This document shows positions 15,993-25,428 of a stretch of DNA of 42,540 bases, in pieces. Positions within the stretch are counted from its first letter, which is position 1; every line of letters starts with the position of its first letter. The notes under the pieces were generated by a model. That model was not told the origin of the DNA. It worked only from the letters and a program-made list of their open reading frames with translations, and ran no database searches. The stretch is taken from IMG/VR virus record IMGVR_UViG_2541047682_000006; one strand, written 5' to 3'. The translations under genes and the position numbers were made by a program. The DNA comes from a virus (Duplodnaviria; Heunggongvirae; Uroviricota; Caudoviricetes).

Positions 15993-18722
15993 TTACACCT
16001 GTGCGACGTTATACCATGTGCCATTGATGTATTTTTGTATTGGTCTGAATACTGCGGGGTCATCACCATCGACTTCACCGACAATACCAAGCCCGGTAAT
16101 TACGTGCCCTGCTTTCTCATACATCACCCCTTTCTGCATGGTCTGGACAACACGTGTGCCAAGTCTGACATCTCTCACATAGCGGGAATCAAAGTTACCG
16201 TAATCCGAGGGATTAACACGCCCCGTAATATTTATGGTTTTATTACTTTGAACGCTTCCGGAGACAAAGCGCATAACATGGACGCTATTAGCATAAACAT
16301 CCAGATTACCATCACCATTTTGTTTAAAGCCCGTGTCATTATCACCCAAAACAATCGAATTACCGCCAAGAGCACTGGATGTTCCTATACCCAGAGCACC
16401 ATTCAATTGACCACCAGATAACGGCAGTGCACCGACATCTCCCGCTGTAGGTTTTCGCGTTGTGGTATAAAACTCAGACCAGTCAGCCTCGAATCCGTAA
16501 CCGTCACGAGCAGAACGATAAAAAATACCACCGTTCTTATAATTAACGCGAAACTGGGCGGCGGGACAACTTCCTTCCCCGATATTAAAATGAAGAATTA
16601 ACGTTGATGCCCCACCAATAGTTGCGTTATAGGCTCCGCTACTCCAGTTCCATCCAACGGCTTTATCATTCGCAACGGTGTCTCCTGTTTTTCCTGAAGC
16701 AAATGCACCAATATTTTTCGGCGTCAGGTTAATATCTGATGTTCCATCAAACGAAACGTTATTAATTTTACGGGCTGTTTTCAGCTTTGTTGCTGTCGCC
16801 GCATTGCCGGACAGTTCACCAGAAAGGCCAGCACTGAATGTCTGTTTCGCGCCCCATGTCTGGGCTTCGTCGATAATTGGCACACGTCTTGTCGTGATCG
16901 TGCGGCTTCCCGGATTTCCTGAAATACGCACCATAAAAAAGCGGTAGTTGGCTTTACTTACAGTGCTGCGCCATACATGCATTGAGCGTCCCGAACCAGA
17001 ATCATCACTCGGACCGACTGAGATGTTTATCAGGTTGCCATCAATGACGCCCCAGTCCATACCGTCGGGAATATTGGTCATGTTATCCAGCCGAACGGTT
17101 ATCAGACTGCCCGGCACAAAATCGTATGTCTGCCAGTCCAGGCTGGTGAGTTTTGCCACTGCGCCACCGATACCCAACTCTAACGGCAAAGAGTTTGAGT
17201 TATAAATCTGTCGCCACTCCCCCCACGCGTTAAATGAGCCACCAAGAAACACTCGCTCATATAAACGGTCTTTTGTAGCTGCGCTGGTTCCTGTGGTCGT
17301 GTAACGTTGCAAAACATAGACACCATCCTTGCGCCTGATGACTTCCAGAAAACCAGACTGCCCCTGGATTGGGGTGTGGGTCGCTTTGCCTGTCACACTG
17401 TAAATACCTGGAGACATCAAATCATCCAGGTCATCCTCATAGAAGGTACTACTGGTCTGATAACCAATTTGGATCCAGTCTTCCCACTGTGGATTTTCTG
17501 CATCCCATTTGGCTGTCAGGCCGCGAATATACATAGTCCCGTTACGGGTTGTATAACGCTGTGTGCGTCCATATAGCCCACCTTCGAAAATTTCCAGAAT
17601 GCCCTGCGCGTCTCCTCCCTGCTCGGGGTAATGTCGTTCAAAAGAAGCTATTGCTGAACTGCTGTTTCTCCATAGACCTAAATGTTCTGCGCCACCGAGA
17701 GAGTTAAGGTCAATGGTCGTACTTAGAGCTCGCGTTACAGCCTGAACATGGCGCCATGCTCCCCATGGTCCATCATTACCATTCCATGTTCCAATGAGTT
17801 TGCGGATATACAAATTTCCGTCACGTGTGGTATAGCGTTGCGTGCCTGCAAAATTGCCGCCAGTAAAAACCTCAAGCACACCGACAGCATTATCTTCAGG
17901 GAAGTTTTTCTCCAGTGTTGCGTTGGTGGACGTTGCTTTAGACCAGATACCTGAATAAGCCTTAACAGAACCAAACGTATTCAGATCAGCATCAACCGGC
18001 ATTTCGCCATTGTTTTTCATAAACGTCAGGCTGGTAACGCCAACATTGTCCAGAAAAGCTGATTTATCCTGGATATCTGCACCATTCTGATTTTTCGCCA
18101 GACGTGAATTTGCGTTGTCATTTGCTGCCTTGACCGCTTTTGGCGTTGCTGCCAATGACTCACTGGTGCTGTTTGTTGCACTGCTTAACTGAGTAAAACC
18201 TTTTTCTGTCAGCGTGGCGTCAGGATGGCGGCGGGACTGCTCATGCTCTGCGATTTTGTCATCGACGTAATCCTGCGTCGCCATCACTGTGCTGGCATCA
18301 ATACTCAGCTCAACGGACGCCACGTTACTGACAATAATAACCATGCGGCAGGTCTGCGCACGCCCGGAGCCTTCAGCCAGTTCTGGCTTATAGCTTTCAG
18401 CCATGTTGGATACCGCAATCAGTGTTCCGGCATCGTCATACAGACCAAGCTCACGCATCCAGAAGCCGCCCACTTCGGGCGGTACAACCAGTTCAGCCAC
18501 GATATAGTTTTTATTCTTGTTATCCACGCTGACTTTATTCAGAGCGTGACGCCAGACCTCATGCACCAGTTTCGTCTGACCGGCATCCGGCACCGGCAAT
18601 TTGCCATTACCGTCACCCACGGCCATTGCAGACAGGGTTACTTTTTTCCCGCCGGGGACAGTGGCGGCTGCCAGCTTTGCGGCTCCGGCAGTAGTGATAA
18701 CGGTTTTAAATTTCGTGCTCAT
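15993..18722 (-). CDS. H: Tail fibre protein (P2 gpH-like, extended C-terminal region)
   Basis: 909-aa ORF following I-J; N-terminus looks P2-H-like and the long C-terminal part is Gly/Ser/Thr-rich. Confidence 0.8.
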   Translation of the reverse strand: MSTKFKTVITTAGAAKLAAATVPGGKKVTLSAMAVGDGNGKLPVPDAGQTKLVHEVWRHALNKVSVDNKNKNYIVAELVVPPEVGGFWMRELGLYDDAGTLIAVSNMAESYKPELAEGSGRAQTCRMVIIVSNVASVELSIDASTVMATQDYVDDKIAEHEQSRRHPDATLTEKGFTQLSSATNSTSESLAATPKAVKAANDNANSRLAKNQNGADIQDKSAFLDNVGVTSLTFMKNNGEMPVDADLNTFGSVKAYSGIWSKATSTNATLEKNFPEDNAVGVLEVFTGGNFAGTQRYTTRDGNLYIRKLIGTWNGNDGPWGAWRHVQAVTRALSTTIDLNSLGGAEHLGLWRNSSSAIASFERHYPEQGGDAQGILEIFEGGLYGRTQRYTTRNGTMYIRGLTAKWDAENPQWEDWIQIGYQTSSTFYEDDLDDLMSPGIYSVTGKATHTPIQGQSGFLEVIRRKDGVYVLQRYTTTGTSAATKDRLYERVFLGGSFNAWGEWRQIYNSNSLPLELGIGGAVAKLTSLDWQTYDFVPGSLITVRLDNMTNIPDGMDWGVIDGNLINISVGPSDDSGSGRSMHVWRSTVSKANYRFFMVRISGNPGSRTITTRRVPIIDEAQTWGAKQTFSAGLSGELSGNAATATKLKTARKINNVSFDGTSDINLTPKNIGAFASGKTGDTVANDKAVGWNWSSGAYNATIGGASTLILHFNIGEGSCPAAQFRVNYKNGGIFYRSARDGYGFEADWSEFYTTTRKPTAGDVGALPLSGGQLNGALGIGTSSALGGNSIVLGDNDTGFKQNGDGNLDVYANSVHVMRFVSGSVQSNKTINITGRVNPSDYGNFDSRYVRDVRLGTRVVQTMQKGVMYEKAGHVITGLGIVGEVDGDDPAVFRPIQKYINGTWYNVAQV

Positions 18723-18732
18723 TGTTTCTCAC

Positions 18733-19263
18733 TTATCCGGGATAAACAGTAATAACATCACCATCACAGACCACACCGCCTGTATACAGACAGCCGGGAA
18801 TGTCCTGGATAATGTTCAGACCGATAAGGTGGCGACTTGCGGGTTTGGCATCGGCAATAAGCCGTTCCATTTCCAGATACATCTCCTCCGTGATGCCGCT
18901 TTCCAGCACACCGATATCAAGGCGAAAGGTTCCGGGCGGGTCGTTTGTCTCCCACCATTCCTTTACGTTAATGAGATAGCCGAGCGGCTCCACCACACGC
19001 CGGATTGCGCCTATAGTGCCCTTATGGCAGTGAATGAAATACGCATCGCGGATAACGGCGCGTTTTGTTGCTTCCGGCCACTTTTCATCCCACCTGTCAA
19101 CAGAAAACGCCCACGCCAGCCACGGCAGCAGATTTGCCGGACAGGTGTCCGGGTTCCACAGCTCACGAATACTGACCGGCGTTTTTTCAATTTCCGCACA
19201 GGCTTTTGCGGCGGCAACTTCAAGCGGTGATGAGCCGGTCGGCAGCAGGCGCGAATCACTCAT
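18733..19263 (-). CDS. I: Baseplate assembly protein (P2 gpI-like)
   Basis: 176-aa ORF in the conserved J-I-H order. Confidence 0.8.
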   Translation of the reverse strand: MSDSRLLPTGSSPLEVAAAKACAEIEKTPVSIRELWNPDTCPANLLPWLAWAFSVDRWDEKWPEATKRAVIRDAYFIHCHKGTIGAIRRVVEPLGYLINVKEWWETNDPPGTFRLDIGVLESGITEEMYLEMERLIADAKPASRHLIGLNIIQDIPGCLYTGGVVCDGDVITVYPG

Positions 19264-20164
19264 CAGAGCCTCCGGTCACGACGCGGTATTCGGTACAGAA
19301 AGACGCCTGCGTACTGTTGAGCACGATGTCGGCCAGCGGTGCAGTCAGTTCGACACGCTGCACGCCTTCCACATGCAAAGCGGCATAAATGGCAGACAGA
19401 CGGATGTCGCGCCCCAGCCGGTGCTGTGCCGTGATATACGCTTCCAGTTTTTTTACTGCGGCCGCGCGGATGGGTTCGCTTTCGGGACCAGGGTAAAGGT
19501 AAAGCGTGGCGTTTATCTGGTATTCAACGATGGCGGCAGACTGCACGGTCACGCGGTCAGCCACCGGCCTGACATCCTCGCCATTAAGGGCGTTACGTAC
19601 CACCGCCAGCAGGTCTTCGGATGCCACACCGTTATTCTCACGTGACAGCACAGAGATGGTGACGCAGGCCGGAGACGGACTGGTGACAGAGATATCCGCG
19701 ACACGCCCGTCGGCACTGCGGCCATGATACTGATAGGCACCCACCGACCCGGCGACGCTTAAGCCTTCAAACGCCTGCTGAATACGCAGCCGGTAATCGG
19801 TGTCAGACTCCATCACTGCCGGTGTCGGCGGGATAGTCGAATCATCTGCCGGGGTGATAATCAGGCGCGTGGTGTTGTAATTGGCACCAATCACATCAAG
19901 GTCATTACCGGCAGCACAGGCCAGCATCACCGCCCGTGCGGCCTCATTCACACGCTGACGCCAGATAAGTTCACGATAAGCATTTTCCTCCAGCAGTTTG
20001 ACGAGAGGCTCGGATTCCAGCGTCAGGGTACGGGCGACCGCCTCCTGCTGGTCTTCCGGGTAAAGGGAAATCAGTGTCGCCTTGCGTTCGGCAAGAATGG
20101 TTTCAAAGTCCAGCTCCTCGACCACATCCGGTGCGGGTAGCTGGTTCAGGTCGATAATCGGCAT
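19256..20164 (-). CDS. J: Baseplate wedge protein (P2 gpJ-like)
   Basis: 302-aa ORF, overlapping I by 8 nt. Confidence 0.8.
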   Translation of the reverse strand: MPIIDLNQLPAPDVVEELDFETILAERKATLISLYPEDQQEAVARTLTLESEPLVKLLEENAYRELIWRQRVNEAARAVMLACAAGNDLDVIGANYNTTRLIITPADDSTIPPTPAVMESDTDYRLRIQQAFEGLSVAGSVGAYQYHGRSADGRVADISVTSPSPACVTISVLSRENNGVASEDLLAVVRNALNGEDVRPVADRVTVQSAAIVEYQINATLYLYPGPESEPIRAAAVKKLEAYITAQHRLGRDIRLSAIYAALHVEGVQRVELTAPLADIVLNSTQASFCTEYRVVTGGSDE

Positions 20165-20168
20165 GGTT

Positions 20169-20516
20169 TCAACTCACAGGGATGGTTAACGAAAGTGGCT
20201 GGCCGGTGTCGTTGTGCTGACCGGTTAACGTGACCGTCATTCGCCCGTCAAAACTGCGCTCAGTGGTGACGGATGACAGGGTGACGCGGGGTTCCCATTT
20301 CAGCACCGCCATGTAACAGGCGACCTTAATCTGCAACTCAAGCGCCGGAGTCTGCGGCTGGTCAATCATTGACGCCAGCAACGAGCCGTAATCACGACGC
20401 ATCACCCGCGAGCCGACCGGTGTGCGCAGGATATCGCCGATACTCTGGCTGATATGCTCAAGGTCAGTGACAGTCAGGCCATCACTGCGATTCATTCCGA
20501 GATAACGCGCAGTCAT
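20169..20516 (-). CDS. W: Baseplate protein (P2 gpW-like, GPW/gp25 family)
   Basis: 115-aa ORF between V and J. Confidence 0.8.
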   Translation of the reverse strand: MTARYLGMNRSDGLTVTDLEHISQSIGDILRTPVGSRVMRRDYGSLLASMIDQPQTPALELQIKVACYMAVLKWEPRVTLSSVTTERSFDGRMTVTLTGQHNDTGQPLSLTIPVS

Positions 20517-21148
20517 AGAGGTCCCCCGGTTGTGCCGCCGCTGTCGCCGGGGTGTTTATGGGTATGCAGTACCTTACCGTTTGATGAGAGTTCACCGCCG
20601 GTGTGTTCAATGTTGCCGCGCATCGTCCCGCCCTTCTGCACTTCCAGCGTGCCGGTAATCAGCCTGTTGGTGCAGACCACCTCCGGTGTGTCCAGGGTGA
20701 CGCGGGTTGATGCTTTCACCATGACCACCGGCACCGTGGCAGTAACAGAATCAGAAGCCGTCACGCTGGCCGTTTTAATTCCGCTTGCCGTGAGCGCACT
20801 GGTTTCGGGTTCATACTCAATCACCGCCCCGTCAGGGAAACGGATGTACAGGGCATCCGCCGACGCAGACGGCGCGGGGTTATCACCGGAATAAATCCCC
20901 GGCAGAACGAACGCCGTGTCGAGTTCACCGCCCACGGCCAGAATCAGCACCTGTTCCCCCTCGGAAGGTGCCCACCACGTGCGCGAACGTCCGGCGCGAT
21001 GGGTCAGCCACTGAAGCCAGTCGGTGCACATGCCGCCGGTCTGCACACGGCAGCGACCGGCGTTAAGGTCGGTTTCGACGATAATGCCGGTGCGGATCAT
21101 GTTGCGCAGTGCGCGCGCGAGTTCCTGAATATTTGCGAGAGTGTTCAT
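20513..21148 (-). CDS. V: Baseplate spike / assembly protein (P2 gpV-like)
   Basis: 211-aa ORF overlapping W by 4 nt. Confidence 0.8.
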   Translation of the reverse strand: MNTLANIQELARALRNMIRTGIIVETDLNAGRCRVQTGGMCTDWLQWLTHRAGRSRTWWAPSEGEQVLILAVGGELDTAFVLPGIYSGDNPAPSASADALYIRFPDGAVIEYEPETSALTASGIKTASVTASDSVTATVPVVMVKASTRVTLDTPEVVCTNRLITGTLEVQKGGTMRGNIEHTGGELSSNGKVLHTHKHPGDSGGTTGGPL

Positions 21149-21214
21149 AACGGGAAGGATGCCGTCGGGTCATACCGGCGGCAATGTGACGATGAGGTGT
21201 CGGGAATGGCACAA

Positions 21215-21667
21215 CTAACGGTCGAGGTGAGCCAGGATAATCTCTTCAATCATCTGCACATCCTCACCGGTAAAGCCGAGCAGAGGACGCGCCGGATAAT
21301 CAATTTTCTTACCGTCTTTCCGGTTTTCTTCCGACAGACCGAACTGATGCACGCTGGCAATTTTCGGTGACTTCCCGCCGTAAAACTCCATTGATGCCTG
21401 TTCCGGGCTGGCGCGGATATGCAAAAAACGACTGGTGATAAGTTTCGCAAACATTTTTCGCTTAACGCGACCGGTCTTTTTTCTGGCGCTCTGCTGCTGG
21501 CGTGGTGCGTAGGGTGTGCCGTCCGGGGCTTTCTGTGCCATCACCCGGCGCTGCTGACTCTGCCGCAGACGTTTCGCCAGTTCGGAGCTCAGTCGCCGAC
21601 GCCCTGACGGTGACAGCGATTCAGTCAGTCCGGTCAGCCGGTCTTCAAAACGCTTAAACTCATTCAT
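21215..21667 (-). CDS. S: Tail completion protein (P2 gpS-like)
   Basis: 150-aa ORF downstream of R. Confidence 0.8.
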   Translation of the reverse strand: MNEFKRFEDRLTGLTESLSPSGRRRLSSELAKRLRQSQQRRVMAQKAPDGTPYAPRQQQSARKKTGRVKRKMFAKLITSRFLHIRASPEQASMEFYGGKSPKIASVHQFGLSEENRKDGKKIDYPARPLLGFTGEDVQMIEEIILAHLDR

Positions 21668-22127
21668 CCCACTTACTCACCAGTTCGCCATTGATATAAA
21701 GCTCCATCGGGCGGGTGACCGGCTCCGGCGGCGGAGGTTCCGGGATATTCTTCACATGCAGCGCACCGTCAACCTCACTGACCAGCGTGCGCTCGGTCAG
21801 CATCAGGCTGATGCTGATATCAAAGCTGCTGTCATTGTTGATGTCCGCATAAAACGTGAAGCCCTTTTTCTGGCCTTCGTCGGTGGTCATGATGTCGGGC
21901 TGATTTTCCCGCAGCCACGCCAGCACCGGCACGATGAGCAGGTCAAAATCACCGGTAAAGTCGGTCACAATGACATTGAGCGTGTAACGCTTTTCGAATG
22001 ACAGCGACGTCGCCAGTGTGGAGGCAATACTCCCGTTATCCACGAATATCCGCAGCATATCGGGGTTAGTTTTCAGCACCGTGACGGCATCAGTCAGCGC
22101 CCTGCGCAGGCTGTCGGGTTTGAGCAT
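21660..22127 (-). CDS. R: Tail completion protein (P2 gpR-like)
   Basis: 155-aa ORF overlapping S by 8 nt. Confidence 0.8.
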   Translation of the reverse strand: MLKPDSLRRALTDAVTVLKTNPDMLRIFVDNGSIASTLATSLSFEKRYTLNVIVTDFTGDFDLLIVPVLAWLRENQPDIMTTDEGQKKGFTFYADINNDSSFDISISLMLTERTLVSEVDGALHVKNIPEPPPPEPVTRPMELYINGELVSKWDE

Positions 22128-22380
22128 CGTTTTCGTCCTGACAGTGTTTAATCATTTTTACCTGGCTGGCACAGCGTGCCAGCGCGTTCTCAAGCTGCCG
22201 GATATCGGCACTTAAATCGCCGTTCGTCTGCGGGTCACTGCCCGGCATCGGGCAAAGGCTCACTTTCGGGCAGGCGTTGGCGACAATCACTGGCGTCAGT
22301 GCAGGCCGGACGCTGGTGCAACCGGCGCACAGCATCAGGCAGGTCAGCGCCATACCAGCGGCGAAAATCCTCGTTTTCAT
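22090..22380 (-). CDS. lysC: LysC (Rz1-like outer-membrane lipoprotein spanin), nested out of frame in lysB
   Basis: ATG at 22378-22380 gives MKTRIFAAGMALTCLMLCAGC with a lipobox (LCAGC), 96 aa, embedded in the lysB reading region. Confidence 0.65.
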   Translation of the reverse strand: MKTRIFAAGMALTCLMLCAGCTSVRPALTPVIVANACPKVSLCPMPGSDPQTNGDLSADIRQLENALARCASQVKMIKHCQDENDAQTRQPAQGAD

Positions 22381-22660
22381 TAAGTAACCTCGTGATGGTT
22401 TTCTCGCGCTGTGCTTCACGTTTCGCGGCGTTCTCCAGTTCCTGACGCAGTGCCACCTGCGCCAGCTCGTTTTTGTCTGCCCTGGTAAGGGCAACATGAA
22501 GCTGGTTTTTCAGCATGGTGATGGTCGTCTGCTGTTCACTGGCGACGTTGTTCGCCCTGTCCAGCGAGGCGCGCAGGCTGGCATTTTTATGTTTCACCAG
22601 AAACAGACCGGCCACCGCCAGCGATAACAACACGACCAGCACAATCATCAGCTTTGACAT
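22235..22660 (-). CDS. lysB: LysB (Rz-like inner-membrane spanin)
   Basis: 141-aa ORF with N-terminal TM helix (LMIVLVVLLSLAVAGLFLV) and coiled-coil remainder. Confidence 0.75.
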   Translation of the reverse strand: MSKLMIVLVVLLSLAVAGLFLVKHKNASLRASLDRANNVASEQQTTITMLKNQLHVALTRADKNELAQVALRQELENAAKREAQREKTITRLLNENEDFRRWYGADLPDAVRRLHQRPACTDASDCRQRLPESEPLPDAGQ

Positions 22661-23073
22661 AGTTCCCGCCCCTCAAGACGCTGACGACAGGCTTTACGTA
22701 TCAGCCGGAAAAACAGCGACGCCACAAGATAAATCAGCGCGGTAAAAATCCACCCGGCAGCGACCAGCGAGATAAACGTCGCCACCATCACCACCAGAGC
22801 CGCCGCCCGTCTGCGCCACGGCACCGGCTGCAAAAACAGCGACGTGACAATCTTCACGGCCAGCGATTCCGGCGGCAGCTCCCGCCCGTAGCGTTCCAGC
22901 ACATACTCCGTGGCATACACGCCGACACCACCGGCAACCACACAGATAACCGTCGCCAGAATCGCCCAGGTGGCGACAAAACTGACGGCCACGCTCTGCG
23001 GGTAAATCAGGGACAGTGCCAGCATCAGCGCCAGCGACACGTTCAGCATCAGTGAAAGGGATAATTTCTTCAT
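22648..23073 (-). CDS. lysA: LysA (lysis timing membrane protein)
   Basis: 141-aa multi-TM ORF between the endolysin and lysB. Confidence 0.75.
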   Translation of the reverse strand: MKKLSLSLMLNVSLALMLALSLIYPQSVAVSFVATWAILATVICVVAGGVGVYATEYVLERYGRELPPESLAVKIVTSLFLQPVPWRRRAAALVVMVATFISLVAAGWIFTALIYLVASLFFRLIRKACRQRLEGRELCQS

Positions 23074-23087
23074 GGTGTTTACTCCGT

Positions 23088-23585
23088 TTAAGCCGGTACG
23101 CCGCCAGCGGTACGCCAGACGGTGACCAGTTTTTCCAGTGAATGCTCACGCTGACCGTAACCGGCACCCGGCAGGGACGCCCAGATATTGCGACAGCGTG
23201 AAATGGCGCGCTCAATACGTCCCGCCCGGACGTCATCCAGTGCACCGCGTTCGCGGATCAACTGAATGGCAAGTCTGTCCTGTGACAACGGACTGAAATC
23301 CGGCAGGGCAAGCTGTTTGCGGTAATGCGGCCAGAACAGGTAAAGCTGCTGATAGCGACCGGAGGCCGTGGATTTTTCACCGCGACGGTTAAACACCTTC
23401 GCCGGTCGGCCATGCGCGAACGGGTGGTCACTGTAGTCGGTGAAAATTTCCGGCTTTCCGTCCAGTCCGGTGACTATCACGTCATAGCCCCGGTTTTTCG
23501 TCAGCGGATGGTTCGCCGTCCCTTCGGACACTGCCAGCATGTCGAGAAAGGCGGCGATATTCTGATGCGTGTTAATTACCGGCAT
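23088..23585 (-). CDS. K: Endolysin (P2 gpK-like lysozyme)
   Basis: 165-aa ORF following the holin gene. Confidence 0.8.
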   Translation of the reverse strand: MPVINTHQNIAAFLDMLAVSEGTANHPLTKNRGYDVIVTGLDGKPEIFTDYSDHPFAHGRPAKVFNRRGEKSTASGRYQQLYLFWPHYRKQLALPDFSPLSQDRLAIQLIRERGALDDVRAGRIERAISRCRNIWASLPGAGYGQREHSLEKLVTVWRTAGGVPA

Positions 23586-23866
23586 TACGGTTTCCCCCTG
23601 CCCTTAAAGCGGCGCTGAATGGCAATCTCAATCACCTGATAACCGGCGATACCCAGCATGGAGCCGATGCCGCACACCGCAGGCAGTGACAGGTCAGGAA
23701 ACTGCACCAGAACAACACCGGCAACCATCGAGACAAAACCACCGAGCAACATGCGCCCGATAAACAGACGCGGGGTGATGGGTTCACCACCGGCAAGCAC
23801 CTTGCCGACAACAATCAGCACCCCAATCATGAAAAGCGACAGGACGCTTTTTTCTTCTGCTGTCAT
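23585..23866 (-). CDS. Y: Holin (P2 gpY-like)
   Basis: 93-aa ORF with two or three hydrophobic helices, directly upstream of the endolysin. Confidence 0.8.
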   Translation of the reverse strand: MTAEEKSVLSLFMIGVLIVVGKVLAGGEPITPRLFIGRMLLGGFVSMVAGVVLVQFPDLSLPAVCGIGSMLGIAGYQVIEIAIQRRFKGRGKP

Positions 23867-23869
23867 GCG

Positions 23870-24073
23870 TTACTCCCACAGATTGACAGTTTCAGCCACG
23901 GGCGCGGTCTGAACGTCGGGCAGTTCGACGGCGGAGCCATGTGGCAGCACCGCACCCAGTTCAGCCAGTCCCGGATTTGCGGCGAGCACGGTCTCAACCA
24001 CGCCCTCAGTGCGCCCGTAATACCGGACACAAATGGCGTCGAGCGTGTCGCCCTGTAGCGCAAAGGTCTTCAT
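23870..24073 (-). CDS. X: Tail protein X (P2 gpX-like)
   Basis: 67 aa from the ATG at 24071-24073 (MKTFALQGDTLDAICVRYYG...); track ORF extends upstream in frame. Confidence 0.8.
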   Translation of the reverse strand: MKTFALQGDTLDAICVRYYGRTEGVVETVLAANPGLAELGAVLPHGSAVELPDVQTAPVAETVNLWE

Positions 24074-24582
24074 CAGATTTGACTCACGATGCAGCGCGGC
24101 TTGTCCTGGATGCGCGCCACTGCCCAGCGCATATCCCGCCACAGCTCATCAATGGTGCTGTCAATGCTGTCGGCCTTCTTGTCTCCTTTCGCACTGGCAT
24201 CCACGCCGCGGTAACGCTCATAAAGCGACGCGGTCGCCATCGCACACACGGCGCGCTCGTAGTAAAAAACTTTGATACTTTCACCGTCGATATCGTCCGC
24301 CGGAACGTCCGCCAGACGCGTAAAACCGGCGGCAATTTTCTGTTCGCGGTACTCGTACAGCTCCGCATTTGTTTCCGCCATGCCTGACTTGATGGCCTCA
24401 CGCAGACGGGCGGGGGCGACGGTCTGCTCAAGGCGCATACGTTCCCGGACGCGCTTCGGGTCGATATCGGGAAAAAAGAACGTGTTTTTAATCACCGGCT
24501 CGTCGCCTGCCGGTTGCGGGATGACCACCGTACCCTCACCGGACACGGGAGCCTCCTTTCGCGGAATAATCAGCGTCATCAT
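24073..24582 (-). CDS. L: Head completion / stabilisation protein (P2 gpL-like)
   Basis: ~169 aa from the ATG at 24580-24582 (MMTLIIPRKEAPVSGEG...); stop overlaps the X start. Confidence 0.8.
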   Translation of the reverse strand: MMTLIIPRKEAPVSGEGTVVIPQPAGDEPVIKNTFFFPDIDPKRVRERMRLEQTVAPARLREAIKSGMAETNAELYEYREQKIAAGFTRLADVPADDIDGESIKVFYYERAVCAMATASLYERYRGVDASAKGDKKADSIDSTIDELWRDMRWAVARIQDKPRCIVSQI

Positions 24583-24681
24583 GACTACCTCTGAAAAGTC
24601 GGGCGGTGGACGCCGGTGCAGTGTCAGGTGATTCACCCTCACTGACCGGCGTGCCGCCCTGGCGCGGGGCGCATTCGGTTG

Positions 24682-25425
24682 TTAACTGGCTTTCTTTTTC
24701 GGGCGTCCACGTTTTGCCGGTGTCACGCTCCGGGTCTTACGCGTGGCACGGGTGGCCGCTTTGGGTTGCGGCTCCGGCTTAGGTTTCAGCTCCCGCTCCA
24801 GTCGCTCAATCTCTTTTTTGACGCCTGCCTGACAGTCGAGCTGTGTCGCACGTTGCAGGTGAGCCAGCGCACCGGCGGCATCACCACCGTCACGCAGAAA
24901 CAGACCGGTGATTTTGTGCAGCTTTGCGCGCACTTCATCAGGCATGTCAGCAGCGGCAGTCAGTTCAAGGGTCTCCGTCAGCAGGCGGGTATCCACAGAC
25001 TCACCGGCCGCGTGGGCGCGCATGGCCGCGAGCGCGACCTCCTCGGTGAACATATACGGCGGGGTGCGGCGGTGTTTACCCGGCATGGTCAGACCGTATT
25101 TCAGGGCATAACGGGCAATCTCCAGCGCACCGGCAATATCGCCGGTATCCAGACGCCACAGCATGACCGTCATCAGAATGTCATCCTGTGCGCCTTTGCC
25201 CTGCTCCAGCACGCCGTTCACCCACGGCAACCAGAACGGCAGCAGTTCGCGCTTTTTCGCGGCCTTCAGCTCTTTTGAATAAATCGCTTTCAGTGTGCGC
25301 TGGTCTGCGGCCAGCTTGACCAGCATCTGCTCATAGACAGTTGCATGTCGCAGCGGGGCGGCTTCCCGCTGCGCGGTCATCGCTGCCGAGACCCGCATCA
25401 TGTGGCGCTGTGCGGGACTCGTCAT
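24682..25425 (-). CDS. M: Terminase small (endonuclease) subunit (P2 gpM-like)
   Basis: 247-aa ORF between N and L. Confidence 0.8.
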   Translation of the reverse strand: MTSPAQRHMMRVSAAMTAQREAAPLRHATVYEQMLVKLAADQRTLKAIYSKELKAAKKRELLPFWLPWVNGVLEQGKGAQDDILMTVMLWRLDTGDIAGALEIARYALKYGLTMPGKHRRTPPYMFTEEVALAAMRAHAAGESVDTRLLTETLELTAAADMPDEVRAKLHKITGLFLRDGGDAAGALAHLQRATQLDCQAGVKKEIERLERELKPKPEPQPKAATRATRKTRSVTPAKRGRPKKKAS

Positions 25426-25428
25426 CGG

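Noticed and set aside
15462-18722. Gin/Cin-type invertible tail-fibre segment
   Set aside because: There is no serine invertase gene and no inverted duplicate of the H or G C-terminal coding regions; the nearby recombinase is a tyrosine-type enzyme within the cargo island.
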